Source of the DNA: Spirochaetota bacterium
GTDB taxonomy: Bacteria > Spirochaetota > UBA4802 > UBA5550
DNA: 64,000 nt
NCBI GenBank assembly: GCA_963664815.2
Contig: CAXXHB010000003.1
Coordinates: 1,056,001 to 1,120,000 of the forward strand
Direction of reading: 5' to 3'
Made by a program: the position numbers and the translations under genes. The notes below the pieces were generated by a model. It saw only the letters and a program-made list of their open reading frames with translations, had not been told where the DNA came from and searched no databases. This document shows, one piece after another, positions 33,598 through 42,777 of the stretch (its first letter is position 1; each line of letters opens with the position of its first letter).

Positions 33598-34137
33598 CTA
33601 TATCTCTTTAAGCATTTCACCGATTTTAATTATTGTATTCCAGTTTCGTGCAGTTGAGATAACATTTAATTTTTTTTCAATATAATTGGCGGTAAACCTG
33701 GATCGTCCGGCGCCGTCGTGGTAATATATATATAGTAAATCATCATGGTGGTAATAGTTTTCAACAATTTTTTTATCAGTTCTAAACTGCGATGCCGCAT
33801 CTTCATCTATTTTACCGGAAAGCATTACCACAACCTTTTTTGCGTTGTCATCCTCTTTGTCATTAAAGGGACTGTTTACAATTATATTATTTACCTCTTT
33901 TTCAGTTTTTATTACCATATCGATGTTAATATTAAATTGCGATTGAATAATTTCAGATATTGTATCTTTAATTTCTTTTCTGTTATCTTCATGACGGAAA
34001 ACGATATTTCCGCTGTTAATATATGTTTTTACATCTTTAAATTGTTTATCAGCGAGGGATTTTTTTAGATCGCTCATCTTAACGATATTTTTCCCCCCGA
34101 TATTTATTCCCCGTAAAAATGCTGCGTATTTCACCAT
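33598..34137 (-). CDS. DUF1697 family protein
   Basis: YAAFLRGINIGG, TYINSGN and TARNWNT; start refined from 34233 to 34137. Confidence 0.9.
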   Translation of the reverse strand: MVKYAAFLRGINIGGKNIVKMSDLKKSLADKQFKDVKTYINSGNIVFRHEDNRKEIKDTISEIIQSQFNINIDMVIKTEKEVNNIIVNSPFNDKEDDNAKKVVVMLSGKIDEDAASQFRTDKKIVENYYHHDDLLYIYYHDGAGRSRFTANYIEKKLNVISTARNWNTIIKIGEMLKEI

Positions 34138-34210
34138 TAAAAGAGTACCCCCTGATGTGTTCTGTAACCGGATATACACAAAAATTATTGTAAGAACAGT
34201 GGTGACGATT

Positions 34211-34867
34211 TTATTTAAATGGCTTCTTTGCAACTGCTGTCAGCCAGTTGGTTTCTGCCTTTTCAAATATCTGTACTGATTCATATTCCAGATTTATTAA
34301 AATATTATTAATCTCCTCCGGGCTGTGAATCTTCATTCCGAATAATTCACTCCAGTAATTATTTCTCTCTTCAAATAGTTCATGCTTATAGGCTGAATGA
34401 ACAAGTAAAAAAATGCCCCCGGGCTTTAATACACGTCTCACTTCCTGAAAATCATTTATTATATCCGGCCAGAATGAATATGTTTCAAATGCTGTGACAA
34501 GATGGAATGAACTATCCGGAAATGGTAATTTTGAAATTGATGCTTTGGTAATCCGGACCCGATTCGCATCGATTAAATCTTTATTTGTTTCAACTGATAA
34601 TTTTACCATATCTTCAGAATGGTCTATACCGTAAATAATCCCCTTTGCAGAATGACGTGCCAGTAGTTTAACAGCCTCTCCGCCGCCGCATCCGGCATCA
34701 AGGATAATGTCATCATCATTGATTGTAATATACGATAATCCCCACTGCCAGAGTGGAGGATGTCTCTCATTCATCTTTATACCGACATACCTTCCTATAT
34801 CCCCTTCCGGTTTCGGGCATTGCTTTAACATCTCATCCTGTGAATACATGGCCTTTATTTTCCTCAT
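34211..34867 (-). CDS. class I SAM-dependent methyltransferase
   Basis: LDAGCGGG, GIDHS, TAFET..FWPD and RVLKPGG. Confidence 0.88.
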   Translation of the reverse strand: MRKIKAMYSQDEMLKQCPKPEGDIGRYVGIKMNERHPPLWQWGLSYITINDDDIILDAGCGGGEAVKLLARHSAKGIIYGIDHSEDMVKLSVETNKDLIDANRVRITKASISKLPFPDSSFHLVTAFETYSFWPDIINDFQEVRRVLKPGGIFLLVHSAYKHELFEERNNYWSELFGMKIHSPEEINNILINLEYESVQIFEKAETNWLTAVAKKPFK

Positions 34868-34873
34868 TTAAAT

Positions 34874-35290
34874 TCATTTATTATCTCCGGGAAAATGATG
34901 ATTTTCAGCGCCGCATACCATACAAGCTTTCCTGTGAACGCATAAAAGATTTCCGCATTGAATGCACCTCCATTTTTCACTTTCAGATTTAATTAAAGCA
35001 TTGATTCCGGATTCGGAGATGTTCCGCAAATTTTCAACAGGGCTCTCTCCATATTTATTTACATACCTTTTTTCGAGTTTCCTGATTTTTATACATGGGA
35101 ACCGGCTGCATTTGTTACATCGGGATTTTTCATCACCATTCTTTTCAGGGCACATTTTAATACTGCAGGTGGTGCAGTGTGATGGTTTGTTGCCTGTGTT
35201 ATTGCAGCCGACGCATCTGTTTTTACTTCTCTGAAAACCTGAACAGAGATCACAGATAATGCCGCATGGGGCGATACTTTTACTGTTCAT
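34874..35290 (-). CDS. DUF3795 Cys-rich protein
   Basis: IAPCGIICDLC, CVGC, C.IKMC, C.KC..FPC and a C-terminal zinc ribbon. Confidence 0.85.
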   Translation of the reverse strand: MNSKSIAPCGIICDLCSGFQRSKNRCVGCNNTGNKPSHCTTCSIKMCPEKNGDEKSRCNKCSRFPCIKIRKLEKRYVNKYGESPVENLRNISESGINALIKSESEKWRCIQCGNLLCVHRKACMVCGAENHHFPGDNK

Positions 35291-35375
35291 AATCAGTCCT
35301 CAATAACAGATCAGATTTATTGCACTGCACCAGCTGAATGCAGATGTAATGCCGTTATTCTTTACTATATAGGTC

Positions 35376-35825
35376 TTAATTATCAAATATAACTTTCTTC
35401 TTATTATGTTCCGATTCTGCATCCTGTTCGGATATTATTTTTCTGGTCATATTATCCTTAAACAATTTCCTGTCGATGGCTTTATCTGTATATCTGATTA
35501 CTGTTGCGCTTGCAACCCATTTTTGTGAACAGATAACACCTGGCATACCGGTTATTTCCATGTCAAAGTGGTAATTGATAATATCGTCTCCGCCGATTTC
35601 TTTAGCCTTTTTCAGTATTATTGAGAAACCATCCCCACCCCAGATAAAAAAAAGTATGTTATGTATTTCCCCTTCAGCTTCAACCACACCGATAATTTTA
35701 AAATCATCGGTAGTTAACTGGTAATCTGAAACCCTGTTGGTGCTTTTGGGAATAGTATATTGCATACAGCCGGTGAGAGTAAAGATGAATAAGATAAATA
35801 ACAGCAGGTATGGATTTTGTTTCAT
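35376..35825 (-). CDS. lipoprotein, unknown function
   Basis: LTG-C lipobox; IGVVEAEG..KAKEIGGDDIIN pattern. Confidence 0.75.
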   Translation of the reverse strand: MKQNPYLLLFILFIFTLTGCMQYTIPKSTNRVSDYQLTTDDFKIIGVVEAEGEIHNILFFIWGGDGFSIILKKAKEIGGDDIINYHFDMEITGMPGVICSQKWVASATVIRYTDKAIDRKLFKDNMTRKIISEQDAESEHNKKKVIFDN

Positions 35826-35942
35826 ATTACCTCGGCAACTGAATTATTTATTAAAAAATTGAATCCAATAGGTTTGTACTGAAAATAATTTGTCAAGAAT
35901 GATACCGGTTAATTGTAATTTCTTAATGGTGTTTTAAAGTGA

Positions 35943-35987
35943 TAATATTAAAAGGCAGGGGTGAGGTGCCCCTGCCTTTTAATATTA
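35943..35987. terminator. perfect 19-bp hairpin, bidirectional terminator-like
   Basis: TAATATTAAAAGGCAGGGG-tgaggtg-CCCCTGCCTTTTAATATTA. Confidence 0.65.
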
Positions 35988-36203
35988 AAATCCATTTATA
36001 TAGCATCGAACTGGAAGATCGTTTGGAAGAGCGGCAAGACATATGCAGATGCTGCACATCTTGCAAGAACATATAAAAACTGTTTGGACTAACTCTATCT
36101 CATGCGGTGAATAAATCCCGGAATATTGAATTTATTACATTTTAATCGCTGATTAAATGCTGTTTTCATGTTCTACTTCTTCGTTCAACGATTTCAGCCC
36201 GGG

Positions 36204-36758
36204 TTACATGAATCTCTTTTTTGTCTTCATATATTCAACAATCAGTTGTAATCTTTGATTTTTTGTCTCTTCTTTTTTTGCAGAATAATACACCATTGAG
36301 TAATGTTCTTTCAGACTTTGAGATAATTTATCAAATTCATTAATGTCTATACCGCACTGTTTAAGTAGAATCCTTAATCCGGCAATATCAATTAAATCCT
36401 CCCTTTCATCTTTTTTATCCCACTGCCCGTTTCTTTTTGCCTCTTTAACCGCCTGTAAGCCGATGGGTGTCATTTTGCCGCTTCTGATCAGTTCTTCGGC
36501 TTTCTTTTTATTCACTGAAGACCATCTGCTTTTCGGATTTCTCCTGGAAAACTTTCTTAAGTAAACTCTTTCATCGACTTTCTTTATGAGGGAATCTATC
36601 CAGCCGAAAGATAGAGCTGCTTCCAAAGCATCATTATATGAGATACCTTCGGTATCATCTTTATAGAACTGAATCCATACAGGGCAACTCGTTGAGTAAT
36701 TATTTTCAAGCCACTCATAAAATTCATTTATAGTTGTGAAATGAAGCGTATTGTTCAT
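36204..36758 (-). CDS. YdeI/OmpD-associated family protein
   Basis: EWLE, ALSFGWIDS, SRWSSVNK, GKMTPIG and SAKKEETK..RL. Confidence 0.9.
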   Translation of the reverse strand: MNNTLHFTTINEFYEWLENNYSTSCPVWIQFYKDDTEGISYNDALEAALSFGWIDSLIKKVDERVYLRKFSRRNPKSRWSSVNKKKAEELIRSGKMTPIGLQAVKEAKRNGQWDKKDEREDLIDIAGLRILLKQCGIDINEFDKLSQSLKEHYSMVYYSAKKEETKNQRLQLIVEYMKTKKRFM

Positions 36759-36959
36759 AATTCAACCTCGGCCGATGCTGAAAAATGTTCATTGGCTGCG
36801 CGACATAGACCTTAATTTTAAATGTGAAAGCCGATGTCGTACAGCCGGAACATGTATTTTCAACGCAGTGTCTCAACTGTTGTATATACAGTTGAGCATA
36901 AATTTAATATTGGTAAAGAAGCTGCCTGACATTGAAATAATTACAAGTTTTATATTTTA

Positions 36960-38180
36960 TCATGATTTTCTTTTTTTAAGATCCAGCGCGGTTTTAAGAC
37001 CCTTCTCTCTGATTACTTTCATCTTGAGTCCGGTTTCTGTAAGCCTGAAGAAGCGTTTCCCGTATTTTTTAAGGAGTTTTTCATTTATTGTAAAACCGAG
37101 CCCGGGTGTTGTAAACGGCTTCAGGTATGCCCTGTTATCCGGCAGCACCGGATCTATAATACCCTCCCTGAATTCCGGAATCCATGATGGCGGCTCGAAT
37201 GGATATTCAAGCGGGAGGGCGTTTTTCCTGTCGGCCAGTACCAGGTTCCAGTTTACATAGAAACCGATCCCGTTTGTCCATGTGTGAGGTGTGTAGAGGC
37301 GTTCCTTTTCGTGGCACATATCTATGACCTTCTTCACCTGCGCGATCCCCCCTGCAAACGTCGCGTCCGGCTGATAGATATGGAAACAGTCCTTCTCGAA
37401 CATTATTTTTATTTCGTCCCAGCCGTAATTAAGCTCTGCCCCTGAGATTTTAATCTTTGAGTATTTTTTGAGCGCTGCATTGCCGTCATAATCCCGCGAA
37501 TCAAGAGGTTCTTCAAGCCATTCAATGCCGTTCGCATAGCAGACATCGGCAAATTTTTTGGCCCTGTCAAGGTCCCATGCCGGCACCCTGTCGACTATGG
37601 TTACAAGCCAGCCCTGGTTGGCATCCACCCCCAGCATGAAATCATCACCGATTTTCTTTCTGATAATTTCAATCTGGCGGATATCGTCGGCAGGTTCAAT
37701 GCTTTTAACCCTGAGTTTGGCACAGCGGTACCCTTTTTCCTTTATCGCCATAAGCTCCTCGGCCCTTTTGTCCGGGTCATGCATCTCCCCGGTGGAGCAG
37801 TAGACTTCAACATCCCTGGCATTCCCCCCAAGCAGCTCATAGACAGGTTTGCCCGCCTTTTTCCCCATAATGTCCCAGCATGCCGGTTCAATCCAGAAAT
37901 TTCTCCAGCCGAGGACACCCGCCTGCTTCAGCAGATCCTGTACCCTCCCTATATCCGTGGGATCAGCCCCTATAAGGTAGCCCCCCAGCAGATCTCCAAG
38001 GCCCTCACGCTCGGTACCCATAGCAGCCCCGGCTCCGTACCCCTCAATACCCTCGTCTGTCACAAGCTTTATCAGTGTGAAACGGTTGTGTGTCTGCGGA
38101 TAACCGGGTATCCATGTGGGCCGGAATGTCTCTTTGAGCGGAACCGAAACATGGTATAACTCAATTGAGGAAATTTTCAT
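36960..38180 (-). CDS. mandelate racemase/muconate lactonizing enzyme family enolase
   Basis: WDIMGK..GKPVYELLGG, KLR, VDANQ, WLEEP, GAE and PH motifs. Confidence 0.9.
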   Translation of the reverse strand: MKISSIELYHVSVPLKETFRPTWIPGYPQTHNRFTLIKLVTDEGIEGYGAGAAMGTEREGLGDLLGGYLIGADPTDIGRVQDLLKQAGVLGWRNFWIEPACWDIMGKKAGKPVYELLGGNARDVEVYCSTGEMHDPDKRAEELMAIKEKGYRCAKLRVKSIEPADDIRQIEIIRKKIGDDFMLGVDANQGWLVTIVDRVPAWDLDRAKKFADVCYANGIEWLEEPLDSRDYDGNAALKKYSKIKISGAELNYGWDEIKIMFEKDCFHIYQPDATFAGGIAQVKKVIDMCHEKERLYTPHTWTNGIGFYVNWNLVLADRKNALPLEYPFEPPSWIPEFREGIIDPVLPDNRAYLKPFTTPGLGFTINEKLLKKYGKRFFRLTETGLKMKVIREKGLKTALDLKKRKS

Positions 38181-38199
38181 TATAACACCCCCTTTATTT

Positions 38200-38239
38200 T
38201 GGTTATACCAGATATTATATTGGTATAACCAATTGTCAA
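38200..38239. promoter_or_regulatory. paired FadR-type operators in the divergent promoter
   Basis: TGGTTATACCA (38200-38210) and TGGTATAACCA (38221-38231); minus-strand TTGACA at 38234-38239. Confidence 0.75.
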
Positions 38240-38326
38240 GTATTTTCTACTTGCAAAACGGCCATATCTGTCGTGTATGTTCCGGAGCGGGCAGCCGGTT
38301 TTATAAAAAATATGAGGGTGAATAAC

Positions 38327-39046
38327 ATGAATCCGGGACTTCCGGGGAGAATTTTTAACGATATGCAGACCGACATAATAAGAGAGATCTACCCGGCGGG
38401 GAGCAAACTGCCTCCCGAGCGGGACCTTGCTGTTAAATATAGCGCCAGCAGGTTTGCAGTTCGTGAGGCTATAGCAATGCTTGTGCAGAGCGGGCTGGTG
38501 GTAACTCATCCTCAGAGCGGGACATATGTAAATGATTTCAGCAACAACTGTTCCCTTGAAACCCTTGTACAGATACTCAGAATACGCAGAAGCATAGACA
38601 GGCAGACGCTTGAATCGCTTCTTAATTTCAGGTTTACCACGGAGACAGCAGCAGCGGGTGAGGCTGCAGCCCGTATTATGGAAAGCGATATTGAATACCT
38701 TGAACATAACCTTGAAATAAAGAGGGGGCACCTGGCCGATATAGATGTCCTTGCGGAGTGCGATTTTGACTTTCATAATACAATTATTACGGTATCCGGG
38801 AATATTATAAACCGGCTTGTTTTCCAGTCGTTCAGGCCGGTATATCATTTTTTTACGGAATTTTTCTATTCAATCGAGGGTGCTGCCGAAGCCTCGCTTA
38901 AACTGAACATAAAGCTGCTTAAAGCCCTGAAACTAAGAGATGCTGATGCATCAAATAAAGCCATGGGCGCCATCCTTAAATTCGGCGAAAAAAAGGTTTA
39001 TGATGCGATAAAAGACGGAAGCCATTTTTCACTGCTGGGGAAGTGA
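38327..39046 (+). CDS. GntR/FadR family regulator
   Basis: GSKLPPERDLA..SRFAVREAI wHTH and FCD (DFDFH..SGN); RBS GAGGGTG. Confidence 0.92.
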   Translation: MNPGLPGRIFNDMQTDIIREIYPAGSKLPPERDLAVKYSASRFAVREAIAMLVQSGLVVTHPQSGTYVNDFSNNCSLETLVQILRIRRSIDRQTLESLLNFRFTTETAAAGEAAARIMESDIEYLEHNLEIKRGHLADIDVLAECDFDFHNTIITVSGNIINRLVFQSFRPVYHFFTEFFYSIEGAAEASLKLNIKLLKALKLRDADASNKAMGAILKFGEKKVYDAIKDGSHFSLLGK

Positions 39047-39076
39047 ACATCTGTCAACCGATGAGATTATGAAACG

Positions 39077-39119
39077 CGATTTAATGGAACTCCCGGCGGG
39101 ATTTCCATTAAATCGTTTT
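39077..39119. terminator. terminator between convergent genes
   Basis: CGATTTAATGGAA..CCCG/CGGG..TTCCATTAAATCG followed by a T run. Confidence 0.7.
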
Positions 39120-39143
39120 TACAGGACAAATCAGCCTCAGGCG

Positions 39144-39776
39144 TTAAGCTAACCTCTCAATATCGCCTGACTGAATATATTGAATGTTTGCCCGGATTTT
39201 TTCGTACGGCCAGTCCCACCACTTAATTTTTAACAGTTTCATTATAATGCCATCACTATACCTTTTCTTTATAACCTCTGCAGGTACACCTCCAACAATA
39301 GCATAAGGTGGAACATCCTTGGTGACTATTGCCCTGGTGCCGATAACAGCACCATCGCCGATTTTCACACCTGACATAATAATGGCGTCATACCCTATCC
39401 ACACATCATTTCCAACTACAATATCTCCCTTATTGTCCCATGCATCAGTTATATGACTGACGTCTAAACCCCATTCCTCATAAAATATGGGAAATGTATA
39501 AGTAGACAGGGATTTCATTGTGTGGTTGCCGCTGGTCATGAGAAACTTCGCCTTACATGCAATTGAACAGAATTTCCCGATTGTTACTTTATCATTGTTT
39601 ACGGGATACTGATATAGAACATTATTTTTTTCAAAGTCCTCCGGATTATTATAAAAGTCGTTATATATTGTATAATCTCCAACTTTTATATTGTCTCTTG
39701 TGATTACATTTTTAAGATAAACGATCTGGTGATCATTACTCCTTGGATGTATTTTATCTGAATCTGGAATAGTCAT
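39144..39776 (-). CDS. Vat/CatB-type hexapeptide O-acetyltransferase
   Basis: [40 protein letters not shown] and WWDW. Confidence 0.92.
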   Translation of the reverse strand: MTIPDSDKIHPRSNDHQIVYLKNVITRDNIKVGDYTIYNDFYNNPEDFEKNNVLYQYPVNNDKVTIGKFCSIACKAKFLMTSGNHTMKSLSTYTFPIFYEEWGLDVSHITDAWDNKGDIVVGNDVWIGYDAIIMSGVKIGDGAVIGTRAIVTKDVPPYAIVGGVPAEVIKKRYSDGIIMKLLKIKWWDWPYEKIRANIQYIQSGDIERLA

Positions 39777-39824
39777 ATTTAACTCTCTTTATTATTGTAT
39801 TTTGTTGTTTTTCTGACTATTCCA

Positions 39825-39845
39825 TTATACAATGCATTTCTTCAT
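39825..39845 (-). promoter_or_regulatory. leader peptide MKKCIV of a translational attenuator
   Basis: AAGGAGTG RBS, then ATG AAG AAA TGC ATT GTA TAA, then an 11-nt arm complementary to the start of the downstream CDS. Confidence 0.7.
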
Positions 39846-40090
39846 ATATTCACTCCTTACCGCTAAGCCTTAGCTTAAAAAAATATCTATTATTCTGTTT
39901 TCAATAATATTTTTATATCTGTTTCTTTTTTTATAAAAATTGTCAGTAATAACTTCTGGATATATATTTATTGTAAAATAAACGATTATATCTCACCCCC
40001 CGGCGGAAAGAATAAGGCATTTTATGTTATAAAGAATTAAGGGATAATTATATGTTAACTGAAAAAGAATTGACGACCAGAAAGCCCTGC

Positions 40091-40127
40091 GCTACATAAT
40101 GTGTAGCATGCTATAAAATCAATAGCA
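40091..40127. promoter_or_regulatory. tandem GCTA-N9-TAGC operators
   Basis: GCTACATAATGTGTAGC and TGCTATAAAATCAATAGCA, downstream of TTGACG. Confidence 0.6.
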
Positions 40128-40176
40128 GGATCATTTGTTAACTGTATAAAGCTGAAAGATCAAAAGGAGTATCTCC

Positions 40177-40977
40177 ATGAAAATAAAATCTGTGAAATTG
40201 GTTTGTTTTTCACCTACGGGAACAACAAAAGCTGTTGTTCAGGGAATTGCGCGTGGAATTGATCAAAGCGATGTGGAACTGCTTGATATCACCAGGCCGG
40301 ATGCGAGGAAACAGCCGTTACAGACATCGGAAAGTGAATTGCTCGTTGTCGGCGTGCCGGTTTATATGGGGAGAGTGCCTGCGCTTTTAACGGAATGGCT
40401 GCAGGCGATTAAAGCCCGTAATACACCTGCTGTATGTATCGTTGTTTATGGCAATCGCGTGTATGATGATGCACTGCTCGAGCTTAAAGATACTCTGATA
40501 AAATGCGGATGTATACCGGTCGCCTGTGCGGCATATATTGGAGAACATTCATTTTCCAGTTCCGAAACGCCAACAGCCGAAGGCCGACCCGATGCAGGTG
40601 ACTTGAACCATGCAGAATTATTCGGGCATAAAATAAGTGAAAAACTGCTGACTATTCCATCAGGCGGTCTCATTTCTGATATAAGAATACCAGGAAACTA
40701 TCCCTATGTCGGAGTTACGGAGCTATGGAGTGTTGATTTTATTGAAGTTAATAATGACTGCAGGCAATGCGGAATTTGTGCCGAAGGGTGTCCTGTCGGC
40801 GCTATCGACTCAGAAAACAGTAATTTGATTGATAAGGAAAAATGCATTACCTGTTGTGCATGTATAAAAAATTGTCCGCAAAACGCCAGAACGATGAAAG
40901 CCGGGCCGGTAAAAGATGCCGCAATACGATTAAACAAACTGTATAAAGTGCGAAAGGAGCCTGTATTGTTTTTTTAA
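40177..40977 (+). CDS. EFR1-type flavodoxin-fold / 2x[4Fe-4S] ferredoxin protein
   Basis: FSPTGTT, PVYMGRVP, YGNR..DDALLEL; two CxxCxxCxxxCP motifs. Confidence 0.9.
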   Translation: MKIKSVKLVCFSPTGTTKAVVQGIARGIDQSDVELLDITRPDARKQPLQTSESELLVVGVPVYMGRVPALLTEWLQAIKARNTPAVCIVVYGNRVYDDALLELKDTLIKCGCIPVACAAYIGEHSFSSSETPTAEGRPDAGDLNHAELFGHKISEKLLTIPSGGLISDIRIPGNYPYVGVTELWSVDFIEVNNDCRQCGICAEGCPVGAIDSENSNLIDKEKCITCCACIKNCPQNARTMKAGPVKDAAIRLNKLYKVRKEPVLFF

Positions 40978-41113
40978 TTTACAGTCAGACTGAAACTATA
41001 GTCTCCGGGACGGATACTATCTTAAAAAATCAGATAAGCAACATGGCAAACCTCCATCTCAAAGGAGGGAAGGGGCCATATAATTTTAATAGCAGCAGTT
41101 AAAAGGAGTAAAA

Positions 41114-41455
41114 ATGGCAATTCCGGTACCGGGAAAACCTGTCAGAGGTTCTAAAACAGGGGTTCCTATCATGGCTCTTTTTGATTTACTTGGCAGAACC
41201 TGGGCAATAGGAGTTATATGGCAATTACAGAATGGGCCTTATACATTCAGAGAACTTCAGGAGAAGTGTGAATCCATATCGCCCTCTATTTTAAACAGCC
41301 GGATCAAGGACATAATAAAAGCAGATATTGCAGAGCGGACAGTTAATGGTTATCAATTGACAAAACGAGGCAATAAACTCATTAAACTGCTGCGTCCATT
41401 TGGGGAATGGTCAAAGGAGTGGGCAGGGGAGGTATTTAATTTTACAAAGGATTAA
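41114..41455 (+). CDS. HxlR-family winged-helix regulator
   Basis: PIMALFDLLGRTW..TFRELQ..ISPSILNSR..YQLT. Confidence 0.88.
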   Translation: MAIPVPGKPVRGSKTGVPIMALFDLLGRTWAIGVIWQLQNGPYTFRELQEKCESISPSILNSRIKDIIKADIAERTVNGYQLTKRGNKLIKLLRPFGEWSKEWAGEVFNFTKD

Positions 41456-41649
41456 TATTTAAGAGGGAGACATTGGGAATTATTTTTAGAAGATAATATC
41501 TGTAAAGAAAACGAACAAATCGCTTGATTTTACCTGGTAAACCCGGTTCTGTCACTGAAACGTATGATTAAACGCATACCTGCAGGTAACCGGCCTGCCA
41601 CTCTGCGGACCGGTGAAACCATGGCCGAATTGATCCGGAACGGGAAAAG

Positions 41650-42528
41650 ATGTATATTCTGCAGAATAAAAGAGACCTGGAAATTAAAATGATCAACGAA
41701 ATTTATCCGCATATATTAAACACCACTTTTTCACAATCACTGAAAACAGAGGGTGATGATTACATCCTCTGCTATAAAGACAGCAGAATTCTACTGAAGA
41801 AATCGGGGGATATCCTTGAAATTCCAAAGGTGTCAGATATTACTCCGGATGTTACTTTGACAGGTTTAAGGTACCTGTTTTCACTCAATTCCGGAAACTG
41901 TTTCCTGGCAGAGGATTTTACGGTCGAAGATGGTTCTTTCGTTTATTATGAAGTGTCGGCTTTAAGATATTTCAACAGAAGGGAGTTTGCATGGATCGGT
42001 GTTCTCGGATTTCAACTGATGAACTGGTATAACACAAATAAATTCTGCGGAAAATGCGGCTCGAAAACAGAGGAGAAAAAGGATGAAAGGGCCATACTAT
42101 GCCCCGCCTGCAGCAACATAGTTTATCCGAAAATATCGCCCGCAATTATTGTGGCTATCACATGTAATGATAAAATTCTTCTTGCCAAAGGGAAAAATTA
42201 CCGCGGCGGGTTTTATGCTCTCATTGCCGGATATGTAGATATCGGTGAATCGCTGGAAGAGACTGTAATCCGGGAGGTAAAAGAGGAGATCGGCATTGAT
42301 ATTAAAAACATAGTATATTATAAAAGCCAGCCATGGCCCTTCTCCGGATCGTTAATGATCGGTTTCTTTGCTGAAGCAGATGACACGCAGCCGATTAAAA
42401 TCGATGAAAAGGAAATTGAGACAGCCGGCTGGTTCAGATGCGGGAACCTGCCGGAACATGCCCCGAGTATCGGCATCTCCGGAGATATGATAGATGCCTT
42501 CGAGAATAAGAAGCATTATAGCAGCTAA
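41650..42528 (+). CDS. nudC: NADH pyrophosphatase (start may be 41689)
   Basis: FCGKCG..CPAC zinc site, YPKISPAII, Nudix box GESLEETVIREVKEEIG and SQPWPF. Confidence 0.93.
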   Translation: MYILQNKRDLEIKMINEIYPHILNTTFSQSLKTEGDDYILCYKDSRILLKKSGDILEIPKVSDITPDVTLTGLRYLFSLNSGNCFLAEDFTVEDGSFVYYEVSALRYFNRREFAWIGVLGFQLMNWYNTNKFCGKCGSKTEEKKDERAILCPACSNIVYPKISPAIIVAITCNDKILLAKGKNYRGGFYALIAGYVDIGESLEETVIREVKEEIGIDIKNIVYYKSQPWPFSGSLMIGFFAEADDTQPIKIDEKEIETAGWFRCGNLPEHAPSIGISGDMIDAFENKKHYSS

Positions 42529-42550
42529 CGATTAAATCAGTACGCTTATT

Positions 42551-42687
42551 GTCATTCCCGCGAAGGCGGGAATCCCATAGAACAAGTATTATGAGATTCC
42601 GGCAGTGTAGCAATGATAGCTGCCTGAAGGCACAAAACAGGATGTTTTTATAATGCCTGCTTTCCTTATCACTCCGGCCCGAATGAT
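42551..42687. repeat. REP/dRS3-like palindromic element
   Basis: GTCATTCCCGCGAAGGCGGGAATCC (42551-42575), with degenerate closing arms GATTCCGGC and CCGAATGAT. Confidence 0.7.
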
Positions 42688-42777
42688 ATGGTGCTAATCG
42701 TTTCGTGAAATGCTATAGCTCTATAGAATAACTGTTATAAAAAAAGGATTTAAAAAGTATAGCGGTTAACGAATAGT

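Noticed and set aside
36000-36110. Short Cys-containing open frames
   Set aside because: No convincing RBS or start and no recognisable family.
38180-38848. 222-aa minus-strand ORF and other long antisense ORFs (e.g. 2208-2810, 12820-13509)
   Set aside because: Shadows of well-supported genes on the opposite strand, with no motifs or RBS.
41560-41647. TPP riboswitch (CTGAAA..ATACC..TGATCCGG)
   Set aside because: Lacks CTGAGA and the TAAT..GCG.AGGGA core, and the spacing is wrong.
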